Shown: in pieces, positions 28,661 to 39,132 of the stretch
Position numbering within the stretch: the first letter of the stretch is position 1
Layout of the letters: each line of letters opens with the position of its first letter
Origin: Nitrosopumilus sp.
Lineage (GTDB): Archaea; Thermoproteota; Nitrososphaeria; Nitrososphaerales; Nitrosopumilaceae
Assembly (NCBI GenBank): GCA_965207075.1
Contig: CBDBLO010000002.1
Coordinates: 864,001 to 928,000 of the forward strand
Direction of reading: 5' to 3'
DNA length: 64,000 bases
Notes under the pieces: model-generated
What the model saw: the letters and a program-made list of their open reading frames with translations, nothing else
Databases searched by the model: none
What the model was told of the DNA's origin: nothing
Made by a program: the position numbers and the translations under genes

Positions 28661-28975
28661 ATGGAGCCCGCATACGACAGGGACAGGGCAGTAGAGTGCA
28701 TGTTTGACCCTGCCGCGTCTGCAATGCTTGCGGAACTCGAGGACGGGGCCAAGACCTGCCGGCACCTTGCCGATGCATCGTCCTCCACCGAAGAGGACGT
28801 GCTGGCGCGGCTCGGATACCTCATAGAGTGCGGATTCGTCGTACGCGGCACGGACGACTCGGGACGCGTCACGCTGGAGGCCGACTCTGAAAAACTCTCT
28901 GAGCTGGTCGAGGACGGTGACGGTTTTGGTGCCGCGGTCGAGGGACTCGAGAAGATGGACAGTTATCTCAACTGA
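28661..28975 (+). CDS. Small winged-helix (ArsR-like) hypothetical protein
   Basis: MFDP..S.MLAELEDG.K...LA......EDV..RL.YL...GFV pattern. Confidence 0.7.
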   Translation: MEPAYDRDRAVECMFDPAASAMLAELEDGAKTCRHLADASSSTEEDVLARLGYLIECGFVVRGTDDSGRVTLEADSEKLSELVEDGDGFGAAVEGLEKMDSYLN

Positions 28976-29522
28976 GACTTCTCCGCCTTCTAATGCTGGT
29001 GGCCCAGTATATGCCCAGTCCGGCCATTCCCATTATGCCTGCGAGCAGCACGTAGAACGGTATGAACGCCAGCGCCTTTGATGACGCGTCCGGCAGGGGG
29101 CCGATTGCCCCGAACGTGAGGACGCCGTCCTGCCCCGCGTTACGTATGACGAGGCTGTACGTGCCCTCCACCTCGGCGCCGAACCTGCCCTCGACGCTGC
29201 CCCCGGGCTCTTCGGCTATGCGTGAAACGGACGCAACTTCTGCACCGAGCGGGTCCAAGACCGTTGCCGACACCTCGCTTCCCTCCGGCGCGTCGAGCAC
29301 CTGTACTGCAAACACGCCCATCCGCTCTCCGCCGTCATCGTCACCGTCGTCATTATCATACCCCACCGCAAACTCGATCTCCAGCGGCGGCGTCGCCGCG
29401 CTTATCGTGCTGCTGCCCTGCACCACGTCCTCCAGCACCGCCTGCGTGCCGAGTGCCATCAGTACGAGCCCCAGCGCAACGGCCCCGCCGGAGCCTGCCA
29501 TTGCAACCGATATCTTATTCAC
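28968..29522 (-). CDS. Hypothetical membrane protein (two TM segments flanking a beta-rich domain)
   Basis: N- and C-terminal hydrophobic helices; VLDP.G...G.F.....GTYSLVI.N (GOLD-like). Confidence 0.7.
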   Translation of the reverse strand: MNKISVAMAGSGGAVALGLVLMALGTQAVLEDVVQGSSTISAATPPLEIEFAVGYDNDDGDDDGGERMGVFAVQVLDAPEGSEVSATVLDPLGAEVASVSRIAEEPGGSVEGRFGAEVEGTYSLVIRNAGQDGVLTFGAIGPLPDASSKALAFIPFYVLLAGIMGMAGLGIYWATSIRRRRSLS

Positions 29523-29570
29523 GCTGCCTGTCTGGCATGTCGCCTTAAAAACCTGCACGAGGCCCAAAAG

Positions 29571-29612
29571 TTAGGCTGCATTAAAAAAATTAGCTCTGAT
29601 TAAATTTAAATA
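29571..29612 (+). promoter_or_regulatory. Two DtxR/MntR-like palindromic boxes plus TATA box upstream of MCO-ZIP
   Basis: TTAGGCTGCATTAA (29571), TTAGCTCTGATTAA (29590), TTTAAATA (29605), ATG at 29634. Confidence 0.6.
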
Positions 29613-29633
29613 AACGTCACAGGCATATACGTC

Positions 29634-30830
29634 ATGGCAACTGGGAGCCCCCGGGCTGTAATACTGGCGCTGGCCGCGGCATCCGCCATTGCCGTGCTGT
29701 CCGCGTCGGCAATCTCTGACGTGTATACGGAGGCACAGCGGCCGCCGCAGACCTTTGTTACCCATACGGGCGCGGTAATCACGACCACCGGCGAGGTGCT
29801 TGATCCAGTATACCAGGTATCAGAGGTGGAGTTTGACCCCGACGAGTACCTGCGCAACTTTGAGTACGGACGCGTATCCGTGGACAGCGAGACGGGCCAG
29901 ACCGTACGCGAGTACGTCATAGTGGCCGAGGATGATCTCGTACAGGAGATTGCGCCCGGGGTGTTCTACAACGTGTGGACGTTTAACGGAACCGTGCCGG
30001 GCCCTACCATACGCGCCACGGAGGGCGATCTTGTGCGCATAACGTTCGTCAACAACGGCACAAAGCCGCACACGATGCACTTTCACGGGATACACCCGGC
30101 CATAATGGACGGGGTCTTTGAGCCCGTCGGGGGCGGGGGCGGACAGTTCACATACGAGTTTGAGGCGGCGCCCGTGGGCGTCCATCCGTACCACTGCCAC
30201 ATCATGCCGCTTGAGGAGCACATCATACACGGCCTGTACGGCGTGTTTATAGTGGACCCGAAGGAGGGCAGGGCCCCGGCAGACGAGATGGTCATGGTGC
30301 TCAACGGGTTTGACACGGACTTTGACGCGGAGAACAACTTTTACGCGGCCAATACCGTGCCGTTTTACTACCAGCACCACCCGATACAGATAGAGAGGGA
30401 CCAGCTGATACGCGTATACGTGGTCAACATGGTGGAATTTGACCCGATAAACAACCTCCACCTGCACGGGAACCTGTTCTACTACTATCCGACCGGGACG
30501 GACCGGGTTGCGTCGTTCTACACCGACATGATTACAATGTCGCAGACGGAGCGCGGCATAATGGAGTTCACGTACGAGCATACGGGCAAGTTCCTGTTCC
30601 ACGCGCACAAGGTCGAGTTCTCAGAGAAGGGATGGGTCGGGGTGTTTCTGGTCAAGGATCCGGGGCCTGGAGATGGCGGTGGTTATGACGGCGACAGCAG
30701 TGACGGGGACGCAGCCACCGGGGGATCCTCCGGCGCGGCCTGGGAACCGGCCCAGGACGCGACCGGTCCTGCCGCCGCCGCCGCCGCCGCTGCTGCACAT
30801 GACGGACGGGAGGCGCCCGATGGCGCATGA
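29634..30830 (+). CDS. Secreted two-domain multicopper oxidase
   Basis: HTMHFHG and YHCH...H....L in domain 1; HLHG and FHAH in domain 2; signal peptide. Confidence 0.9.
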   Translation: MATGSPRAVILALAAASAIAVLSASAISDVYTEAQRPPQTFVTHTGAVITTTGEVLDPVYQVSEVEFDPDEYLRNFEYGRVSVDSETGQTVREYVIVAEDDLVQEIAPGVFYNVWTFNGTVPGPTIRATEGDLVRITFVNNGTKPHTMHFHGIHPAIMDGVFEPVGGGGGQFTYEFEAAPVGVHPYHCHIMPLEEHIIHGLYGVFIVDPKEGRAPADEMVMVLNGFDTDFDAENNFYAANTVPFYYQHHPIQIERDQLIRVYVVNMVEFDPINNLHLHGNLFYYYPTGTDRVASFYTDMITMSQTERGIMEFTYEHTGKFLFHAHKVEFSEKGWVGVFLVKDPGPGDGGGYDGDSSDGDAATGGSSGAAWEPAQDATGPAAAAAAAAAHDGREAPDGA

Positions 30831-32124
30831 GCAGGACCGCGGCCTGCCCGGGCGCGGAAGCAGCGCGGGGCGTTTCCGCGTCGTGGCAAGCGGGGCGGCT
30901 CCGCTGGCCCTCGTTGTTGTACTTGTGCTTTACGTGTCAGGCCCCGGCTCCACGATGCTCGAAGTCGGCGTGCCGCTGCCGGAAGTCACCATAGAGCGCG
31001 TGGACTTTGTCGGCTCGGAGATCCTTGCGACCGTGCGTAACACGGGCCCCATCCCCGTCTCCATAGCAGTGGCCGACGTCAACGATAGGATACACCCGGC
31101 CGCGGTGGAGCCCGATGCGTACCTTGAGAGGTACGAGACCGCGGTGGTGCGCATACCGTTTGACTGGAACGTGGCCGAGCCGTATACGATAGGCATCACC
31201 ACCGATGACGGGACGCGCTTTGAGCGGGAGGTCGAGTCGGCCGCCCCCGCCCTGAGGCCCTCCGGCGAGATGGCCGCCTTTTTTGCCGTGATAGGGACGT
31301 ACGTGGGGGTGATCCCGGTACTGATCGGGCTCCTGTGGCTGCCGTTCATGCGCCGTATGGGCAGGCAGGTCTACGTCTTCTTTCTGGCCGTGACTGTGGG
31401 GCTCCTGTTCTTTCTGGCGCTCGACTCGGTGGAGGAGGCGGTGGACGTGTCGCAGGAGAACCTCGCCGGCAGCTTTAACGGGCTGATGCTGCTTGCCACA
31501 TCAGTCGTGGTGTCGTTCCTGGGACTGTTCTATGCCGGCGAGAGGCTCTCTGGCAGTCGCGGTATTGGGGGCGGCGGCGGCCGTGTCAGGGAAGGGGACG
31601 GCCGCACCGGCGGCGGGGCCTCCCCGCGGCTTGCGGGCCCCGTGGCCATTGCCCTGATGATATCGATAGGAATCGGACTGCACAACTTTGGCGAGGGGCT
31701 TGCGATAGGGGCGGCCGTCGGACTGGGCTCTGTCGCGTTCAGCTCGTTTCTGATCGTGGGGTTTGCAATACACAACGTGACGGAGGGCGTGGCGATAGCC
31801 GCCCCGCTCTCAAGGGAGCGCGTCGCGGTCTGGAAGCTTGCGGGCCTGGGAGTGCTGGCGGGCGCCCCCGCCATATTTGGCGGATGGGTGGGGGGATTTG
31901 CGTATTCGCCCATCGCCTCAGTGGTATTTCTGGGCGTGGGAGCGGGGGCCATATTCCAGGTCATGGTGGTGCTTGTGAGGTGGATTGGCAGGGGCGACAG
32001 TCCCGCTAACGGCAGTAACGGCAGCGGCGCATCCGGCGGCGGCAGCGGCCTGTCCGGAGCCCCGTTTGCTGCGGGAATCGTGGTCGGCATGCTGATCATG
32101 TACGTGACCAGCATCCTGGTGTAG
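30820..32124 (+). CDS. ZIP-family divalent metal transporter with extracellular N-terminal domain
   Basis: GIGLHNFGEGLAIG and IHNVTEG ZIP signatures; GGAGG 6 nt before ATG, overlaps MCO end. Confidence 0.92.
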   Translation: MAHEQDRGLPGRGSSAGRFRVVASGAAPLALVVVLVLYVSGPGSTMLEVGVPLPEVTIERVDFVGSEILATVRNTGPIPVSIAVADVNDRIHPAAVEPDAYLERYETAVVRIPFDWNVAEPYTIGITTDDGTRFEREVESAAPALRPSGEMAAFFAVIGTYVGVIPVLIGLLWLPFMRRMGRQVYVFFLAVTVGLLFFLALDSVEEAVDVSQENLAGSFNGLMLLATSVVVSFLGLFYAGERLSGSRGIGGGGGRVREGDGRTGGGASPRLAGPVAIALMISIGIGLHNFGEGLAIGAAVGLGSVAFSSFLIVGFAIHNVTEGVAIAAPLSRERVAVWKLAGLGVLAGAPAIFGGWVGGFAYSPIASVVFLGVGAGAIFQVMVVLVRWIGRGDSPANGSNGSGASGGGSGLSGAPFAAGIVVGMLIMYVTSILV

Positions 32125-32298
32125 TTCGGAGCATGCGGGGCGCGCGCCCGGCCCGCGTGCGGCAGAGCCGGCCGTGCCTGAGCCCCCGCGGTTCTCCCCA
32201 TCCCTCCACCTTCCTGGGTAGAAGCAGGCACCTGCGGCGATCCCCGCGGCATGACAGTCGGGTCGCCGCCTGCGCGCACCGCGGTGCGCGGCCGCCGG

Positions 32299-33789
32299 TC
32301 AGAGGGGCTCTGGGTGTATCGTAATTACCGCGTTCTCCAAGCCCTCTGCAATCGCGCGCTCAATCTCAGACGTGAGGCCGTGAACCTCTGCTATCGGCAG
32401 CGCGCCGTCAAAGGAGCAGTCTATGTCTATCTTGAACGCGGATTTGTCGTTCAGGGCGATTATCCTGCCCACGGCCCTTATCTGCGGATATCCCTCCAGT
32501 ATCACCCTTATCTTCTCGTTGAGCGCGGCATCCTCTGCCTCTAGATTGCGCGGCATGTTGGTGAACGGCTCCAAGTGCACCGTGGTGTGCTCTATGTATG
32601 GCATCTGGCGCCTGATGTCCGACTCCACAACTTCTGATATCGCGTGCGCCCTCTGCAGGCTCATCTCGCTGTCCACCATCACGTGCAGGTCCGCGTACGT
32701 CTTGCCCTTCGTCATGCGGGTGTTGACGTTGTGGACGCCCTTGACGCCATCCACGCGCCTTGCGATGTCGAGTATCCTTGCATCGGGCGGAACGCCGCTC
32801 CAGTCGGGCTCAAAGTGGACGGTTATCGAGGCGTCCCCGGGTATGCATTCTGCCACGTTCCGCTCCACCCCCGCGCTGATCTCGTGGGCGCGCTCAAAGC
32901 TCGAGTCGCCCCGCAGCGACACGGTGATGTCCGCGAACGTGGTGCCGCCTGACCGGCGCATCAGCACGGATCCCGTCATGATTACGCCGTCCGTGCCGTT
33001 GGCAACGCCCCTGACCCTCGAGACCATCTTCGGCGATATCACGTCAGTCAGGTCAAGGGCCGTCTTGTGCACCAGCTTTACGCTGAGGACTGCGAGCAGC
33101 CCTCCGAGAATCAGCGCCGCGGCCAGGTCCCCCTGGTGCGTGCCCGTGTACGCGAGATATATTCCGATTATGGCCACTGTGGTGGAGCCCAGGTCCATCA
33201 TCGCATGGTACAGGTCGGCCTTCACCGTGGTGCTGCCGCTGAGACTCGTTCCCGGCCCTGCCTTCAGGCTCCTTTTGAGCAGCACTATGCGAAATACGTC
33301 CACGCCTATGGTGTACAGCCCGCCTGCGATTGCAAGCATGCCCGGCAGCACGGAGGGAGGCGGCGATTGGAATCGGTGCAACGACTCGTATATGAAGAAG
33401 CACGCGATGGCAAATATGGCGATTCCGCCCATCATGCCGCCCAAGGACTCGATCTTGCCGTGCCCGTAAGTGTGCTCTGCATCCGGCGGTTTTATTGCCA
33501 TTCTGGTGGCAATCAGCAGCACCGCCGTGACTATGCAGTCGAGCAGCGCGTGTATGCTATCAGTTATCAGCGCCAGGCTGTTTGACACCACCCCCAGTAC
33601 CAGCTCTACCACGAATGCCGAGAATATTGCGGCAAGCGACATGTAGAGGACCCTTGTCCTGTTGTTGGCCTTGGCATTGGCGCGGCCGGCGCCCACGCCG
33701 GCGCCCGCGCCGGCAGACTGCCTGCCACCTTTGCGGTTATCCGAAGAATTCCCTGCACGTGCGTCGCCGCGGCCATCTCCGTCGTTCAT
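32299..33789 (-). CDS. Cation diffusion facilitator (FieF-like) with three C-terminal dimerisation domains
   Basis: SLALITDSIH, PPDAEHTYGHGKIE, ADLYHAMMD; three H....E...VH.EP modules. Confidence 0.92.
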   Translation of the reverse strand: MNDGDGRGDARAGNSSDNRKGGRQSAGAGAGVGAGRANAKANNRTRVLYMSLAAIFSAFVVELVLGVVSNSLALITDSIHALLDCIVTAVLLIATRMAIKPPDAEHTYGHGKIESLGGMMGGIAIFAIACFFIYESLHRFQSPPPSVLPGMLAIAGGLYTIGVDVFRIVLLKRSLKAGPGTSLSGSTTVKADLYHAMMDLGSTTVAIIGIYLAYTGTHQGDLAAALILGGLLAVLSVKLVHKTALDLTDVISPKMVSRVRGVANGTDGVIMTGSVLMRRSGGTTFADITVSLRGDSSFERAHEISAGVERNVAECIPGDASITVHFEPDWSGVPPDARILDIARRVDGVKGVHNVNTRMTKGKTYADLHVMVDSEMSLQRAHAISEVVESDIRRQMPYIEHTTVHLEPFTNMPRNLEAEDAALNEKIRVILEGYPQIRAVGRIIALNDKSAFKIDIDCSFDGALPIAEVHGLTSEIERAIAEGLENAVITIHPEPL

Positions 33790-33980
33790 GCGGCCCCCCG
33801 CGCGCACGGCCGTAGTTGGAGCCGGCCGCGACGCGCCGTCGCTTCCTCCCCTCCTTCTACCGCCGCCGCCGCCATTGCAGTTCCATGGGCAGGATTCAGT
33901 TATTATGTGTGGCCGGCTTTGTTATACACGTGAGGGATTCATCTGGCGTGGCCGTTTGCAGCCGTTCGGAACGCGTTGCA

Positions 33981-36900
33981 GTGAATGGGCGGCCCGCCGC
34001 GCGAGTACTGCGCCCGTATGTCCTGCTTGCAGTAGTGGCCGGCGCCCTGTTTGCGGCCGCAGCGGCTGCACCCGATGCCGCGGACCTACCGTTCTCACCA
34101 GCGCATGCGGCCCAGAACTCCAATGACAACCTGCTGGTGTCTGCTGAGAATCCCGAGTTCGACAATCACTTTGCGGGGTCGATGGTAGTCGAGGTCGTGG
34201 TCGCCGATCCGCTGGTCTCCGATACCAAGGGAGGGGCTGCCGGCGAGCCCAAGGTGTCCGTAAACGGGGCCACGCTGCGCATGGTCCAGTCCAGCAGCGG
34301 CCAGTGGTACGCCTACTTTGCAAACGAGGACGCCGCGAGGCGGGCCGATCAAATATCCCATGACGCGAGGCGGCCCGGACAGGGACTCGACTTTGGCGTC
34401 TTTTGCGGCCCCCGCACGCCTGCACCGGTACTGGGTGCCGAGTTTCCCGACTCTGACGGCGTGGCGATCCCACGCTCCGGCGGGCTCTCGAACTTTGCAA
34501 ACGGCGTGGAGCCGCTCTCGCCGTGCGGTGGGTTGGTGGATCCTGCATCGCCTGCGGAGAACAACGTGGTGAGATCCCCCCCGTCGCCCAGTGGGGGCGA
34601 GCCCTTGCATGGGCAGATCGGACTCAAGAGCGGGGCATGGCCGGTGATACAGCTCTTCTCGTTTGGCGGCGACGTGCGCATCGAGTACGAGCGGGGAGGC
34701 GGCGGCCCGCAGCGCGTCATCCTGCAGTATACTGACGATATTCGGACCATATCGTTCTCAACTGATCGCGGACAGGCAGAGCCGTATCCGGCGGGCGCCG
34801 AGGTCGTGCTGCGGGTGAGTGATCCGCAGCTCAACCAGGATCCCACCGACGAGGACTCTTGGACGTTTGGCACCTCCCCCGGCAGCCCCTCGGTGTTCTA
34901 CCAGGCGTTCTATGACGGGGGGCGCACCGCCGCAAACGGGGGCCCCGGACTTGCGGACCTGTATCCGCACCTTGGCAGGCTCGGGTTCGGCGACAACGGA
35001 TATCTGGGGGTCTCGCATGGCGGCGGAGACGTGCTTGAGCTGCGGCCCAACAGAAACCAGCCTGTCGGCAGCGTATACGACGGCGTGCGCCACTATGAGG
35101 ACATAGTAACGCTGGTCGAGAGCAGGCCAAACTCGGGACTCTTTGAGAGCGTGGATGCGTCGCACGTCTCAAACATGCGCATAGCGCCCGGCGCCGACAG
35201 GGGGACGTCTGCGGTAATATCGTACAACGACCGGTCGCTCTCTGTACTGACCGGCTCCCACACCGCCTCCCTGTCGCTTGGCGGTACTGCCGGTGCGGCC
35301 ACTGCCAGAGACGGCAGCCCCGTCCTGTCCGTGGACGCCTCGGGCTGGCGCTCGGGCCTGCGCATACCGGTGGTGCTCCAAGACGCCGATCAGAATACGG
35401 ATCCAAACCGGCGCGACAGGCTTGACGTGTTCCGTGACGGCGCCATCGTCCCGTCCATCAGGATTGGCTCGCCGCTGGCCCTGTCCTCCGCCTCCTCGGC
35501 CGCCGCATACCCGGACAGCGGCTCGTTTGAGGGGGCCGTGCCCATACCGGCGCGCTCGCCGGATCCGGTCTCGGCCCGCCTGCATCTTGATCTCGGACTG
35601 GCCGCGCTAGACCGCTCCGTCACATACGAGATGCTTGCAATCGACACGGGATACTCTGCGTCGCGCCTGTATGACGCGCTGATAGACGTATCTGGGGAGT
35701 CGAGCATCGGGACCAACTGGCTCAACATAGACATGCGCTCCCTTGGCGGCGCGAGGGGACTGGGCGGAGCGTCACTGCTCTTGTACGTGGGGGGAACGTC
35801 GGACGCGGATCCGATAATAATCGCGGACAGGCTGGGCGCGGCGCAGAGCCTGCTGTACGTGGATCCAGACCATGTGAAAAGGATTGCCTCTGGCCTGCAG
35901 GAGGGGGGCAGAGGAGGAGGAGGCACGGTGCATGCGGTGGTCGATTTCGGACCCGGCGGCGGGCTTGACGCCGGAGGCATGGGGGCCGCGGTCACGGCGC
36001 CCGTGGTGCTCGACGTCTTTTCCATTGGGGTGGAGGACAAGAAGATTGTAAACAACGCAATATACAGGCTTGAGCTCGAGGAGACTTCCGGGGACTCCGG
36101 TGTGTTTGGGGGCACGCTTGAGTTTGCCGCCGCAAACCAGCTCAACATTGACGATCCAGACTTTATACTTGATACCACCCCGATAGGAAGCGACGTAAAG
36201 TTCGTCACGCTCGGCCGGATGGTCGACGAGGATGCCATTACCATCACATACTCTGATCTGGCGCGGGTGGGGGCCGTCATACCGCAGTCCGTCTCGCAGC
36301 CCGAGACAGAGATCAAGTCGGAGAGCGGCAGGGTCTCCGTATACACGCCGTCCGGGCAGCTGAGGTTCGGCACGCCGGTTACGATCACGCTAAACGATCC
36401 GGATCTCAACCTGTCCGCGGACACCATCGAGGTGTATCTGGTGGTGGACGATTCGCGCCTGCCAAGCGTAGACACGGTGGGACGCGGGGCCCATACGATG
36501 CTTGAGGTAAAGTTCAAGGATGTCCGGTACAAGCGCTGCACAGTCGACGGCGTGCAGCACGGAGGCCTTGCATCTACGGGATTCGCGCTAGTGGAGACGG
36601 GCCCCGGAACCGGCGTGTTCGAGGGGGTGTTCAAGATGCCGACTCGAGTATGCGACAAGTCCGGCTCCGGTCTGATGTCCACCGCCGGAGGCGCCATGGA
36701 CGTCGTATACTACGACTCTGTTGACTCGTCGGGAAACCCAAGCGCGTTTAGCATGCTGCGTCAGCAGCAGCAGCAGCAACAATCCGACCCTTCATCCGGC
36801 GCCCGCACCCAATCCCCCCTGACGGTGGGAAATACGGGAAGCATATCGGGTTCTGCCGGCCCTGTACCTAACGATGATAATGACGATATCGGCCTCAGCG

Positions 36901-37586
36901 GCGCCGGTACTGTGGACGTCGAGATCAAGCAGCCCCGCAAGCCATCTGCAAGCCTTAGCGCCAACCGTGTCGCATTGGAGCGCGTGGGTGACGTCTCCTC
37001 CATTATACTTTCTGGCAACGTCGGCACGTATGTGGCGAACTCCATAGCTGCCATCACCGTCAAACATCCGGACGGAACCGAGCGGTCCTTTGACATGCGC
37101 GTGGGGGCCGATGGAAAATACGGCGCCATCATAAACCTGAAGGGTGGGAACGATCTGCAGGGCAACTATTCGGTATCCGTCGAGCACGGACAGAATGCAG
37201 ATCCTGTTGCTCTTCTCACGTTCTATGTGGAGTCGACCCCTTTGGTGATCCCTGATTCTGTGAGGGCCGCTGCATCCGAATGGTCCGCTGGTATGATATC
37301 CGATGCCGAGTTTGCCAAGGAACTGTCTGTCTTGGTGTCGATGGACATACTCGCGTACGATTCTGCCGTCCTTGGCGCCGGTGATGATGACGCGGGGCGG
37401 GCGCCGGTTGTGGGTGACAACGAGACGCAAGGGCACGGCGCAGCCGTGCCACCCCTTGCAGGATCTTCGACACTGCCAGCATGGATGGACGCACCGGTCA
37501 GATGGTGGACCATGGGACTCGTTCCTGACGAGACCTTTGTCGAGTCCGTCCAGTACCTGCTTGATGCGGGGATTGCAAGATTCTAG
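33981..37586 (+). CDS. Large secreted S-layer-like protein with C-terminal IP.W...A..W repeats; start uncertain
   Basis: Signal peptide; VSAENP.F.NHFAG.MV.EVVV, DPQLNQDPTDEDSWTF, repeated LEET..SG.F.G Ig-like modules typical of thaumarchaeal S-layer paralogs. Confidence 0.75.
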   Translation: MNGRPAARVLRPYVLLAVVAGALFAAAAAAPDAADLPFSPAHAAQNSNDNLLVSAENPEFDNHFAGSMVVEVVVADPLVSDTKGGAAGEPKVSVNGATLRMVQSSSGQWYAYFANEDAARRADQISHDARRPGQGLDFGVFCGPRTPAPVLGAEFPDSDGVAIPRSGGLSNFANGVEPLSPCGGLVDPASPAENNVVRSPPSPSGGEPLHGQIGLKSGAWPVIQLFSFGGDVRIEYERGGGGPQRVILQYTDDIRTISFSTDRGQAEPYPAGAEVVLRVSDPQLNQDPTDEDSWTFGTSPGSPSVFYQAFYDGGRTAANGGPGLADLYPHLGRLGFGDNGYLGVSHGGGDVLELRPNRNQPVGSVYDGVRHYEDIVTLVESRPNSGLFESVDASHVSNMRIAPGADRGTSAVISYNDRSLSVLTGSHTASLSLGGTAGAATARDGSPVLSVDASGWRSGLRIPVVLQDADQNTDPNRRDRLDVFRDGAIVPSIRIGSPLALSSASSAAAYPDSGSFEGAVPIPARSPDPVSARLHLDLGLAALDRSVTYEMLAIDTGYSASRLYDALIDVSGESSIGTNWLNIDMRSLGGARGLGGASLLLYVGGTSDADPIIIADRLGAAQSLLYVDPDHVKRIASGLQEGGRGGGGTVHAVVDFGPGGGLDAGGMGAAVTAPVVLDVFSIGVEDKKIVNNAIYRLELEETSGDSGVFGGTLEFAAANQLNIDDPDFILDTTPIGSDVKFVTLGRMVDEDAITITYSDLARVGAVIPQSVSQPETEIKSESGRVSVYTPSGQLRFGTPVTITLNDPDLNLSADTIEVYLVVDDSRLPSVDTVGRGAHTMLEVKFKDVRYKRCTVDGVQHGGLASTGFALVETGPGTGVFEGVFKMPTRVCDKSGSGLMSTAGGAMDVVYYDSVDSSGNPSAFSMLRQQQQQQQSDPSSGARTQSPLTVGNTGSISGSAGPVPNDDNDDIGLSGAGTVDVEIKQPRKPSASLSANRVALERVGDVSSIILSGNVGTYVANSIAAITVKHPDGTERSFDMRVGADGKYGAIINLKGGNDLQGNYSVSVEHGQNADPVALLTFYVESTPLVIPDSVRAAASEWSAGMISDAEFAKELSVLVSMDILAYDSAVLGAGDDDAGRAPVVGDNETQGHGAAVPPLAGSSTLPAWMDAPVRWWTMGLVPDETFVESVQYLLDAGIARF

Positions 37587-38041
37587 GCATGTCCTGCGTC
37601 CTCAAAATCGTACTGTTGCCGTTTATCTGGGCACTGATCTGCCGGGACATCCACGAGCACATGGGGGTTCTACAACGTGGCATGCAGGATGTATGGGGGC
37701 GGCACACCCGTATATTCGCGCCTTGCCAATATGCTTCTGGGGGGGGGGGGAGAGAGGGGAGGGGAGGAGAGGCCAGCCGTGCCGGTCCGAGTACGGACGC
37801 ATGAGCACAAGCTGGTACAGGCTGCCAGCCCGTACCTGCTCAACTCGGTGTCTGTACCCCCGCCCTGAATGAACTGACTTTCAAGTTCACAGTTTATGGG
37901 GCGGCATAATGACGGGACGCGGGGGTGTCGGATGAGCCACAACCGTTACAGCAGCCGTGCTGTTCGGCTTCCTCACACGGCATTCTGATGCAAGCCGAGC
38001 CTTTCTCTAGAATACATAAATACAGGATTGATATCCACTAG

Positions 38042-39124
38042 ATGAATATGAGAGTTGCAGGCCTTCTGGCTTTTTTGCTACTTGCTGTAACGGTATTGTC
38101 TTATGGAATGGTGCCTATATCACACGCGCAGTCAAGTGATCCCAGTGATATGGTTCTTCCGACAGCCGAGTATGACCTTGTCACTTTGGAGGCTCTGTAT
38201 GCGAACGGCCAGCAAGTCACGGCGCAGGGCACGATTCCAAACTATGCAGATCAGTCCCTGAAGCATCCCGTGACCGCCAGGGTCATGTACCTTGATGACA
38301 GTACCGATCCCGTCAAGGCCCAGCTACTGTGGTTCGGGCAAGTCATGCCGTCAGAAGATGGTTCATTTTCATTTTCATTCAAGGCCGGCGGGCCATTGTG
38401 GAAGTTCAACGGCGATTACTATATTGTGGCATATTATGGCGGCAACAACAGGGACGTGGCGTCATTCGAGTTTACTGGCGCAAACACGCCTCTCTTCGAC
38501 GATCCTGTGTCCGAGCCGCCCGTAGAGGAGCCGCCCGCCACCGTTGATCCGCCCGCCCCAGTGGATCCACCGACTACCCCCCCACCTCCACCTCCACCAC
38601 CCCCCCCACCTCCACCCCCCCCACCTCCACCACCTCCACCACCTGAGCCAGAAGAGCCCGTATGCGGCCCCGGAACCGTCCTGATTAACGGTGTGTGCCA
38701 AGTGGAGCAGCCTGAGCCCGAACCGGATGATAATCGTAACGGATGTCTGATTGCGACTGCGGCATACGGCACGGAGCTCGCGCCACAGGTACAGATGCTC
38801 AGGGAGATACGCGACAACACGCTGCTGAGCACCGCGTCCGGTTCGTCGTTCATGACAGGATTCAACCAGATGTACTATGCGTTCTCGCCCGCCGTGGCCG
38901 ACCTTGAGCGGGAGAACCCGGCGTTCAGGGAGGTGGTGCGCGCGGCAATCACGCCGTTGATCTCGACTCTGTCCATAATGTCCCTTGCAGATCCGGGCTC
39001 CGAGGAGCAGGTTCTCGGACTGGGAATCTCCGTTATAGCGCTCAACCTGGCGATGTACATTGCCGCGCCGGCGCTGGTTGTCGTCGGGACACGCAGATAC
39101 ATAAAGTCCCGAATGGCCCTTTGA
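38042..39124 (+). CDS. CFI-box-CTERM surface protein (Ig-like domain, poly-Pro linker, Cys motif)
   Basis: Signal peptide, poly-Pro, CGPGTVLINGVC, GCLIATAAYGTELAPQVQMLREIRD, C-terminal TM. Confidence 0.9.
   Translation: MNMRVAGLLAFLLLAVTVLSYGMVPISHAQSSDPSDMVLPTAEYDLVTLEALYANGQQVTAQGTIPNYADQSLKHPVTARVMYLDDSTDPVKAQLLWFGQVMPSEDGSFSFSFKAGGPLWKFNGDYYIVAYYGGNNRDVASFEFTGANTPLFDDPVSEPPVEEPPATVDPPAPVDPPTTPPPPPPPPPPPPPPPPPPPPPPEPEEPVCGPGTVLINGVCQVEQPEPEPDDNRNGCLIATAAYGTELAPQVQMLREIRDNTLLSTASGSSFMTGFNQMYYAFSPAVADLERENPAFREVVRAAITPLISTLSIMSLADPGSEEQVLGLGISVIALNLAMYIAAPALVVVGTRRYIKSRMAL
38575..38645 (+). repeat. Poly-proline-encoding CCN tract
   Basis: Run of about 22 consecutive Pro codons. Confidence 0.9.
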
Positions 39125-39132
39125 GAGGCGCA

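Noticed and set aside
29634-30830. NirK nitrite reductase
   Set aside because: Both domains carry HxH pairs for a trinuclear centre and the HCH motif of an oxidase; context is a ZIP transporter
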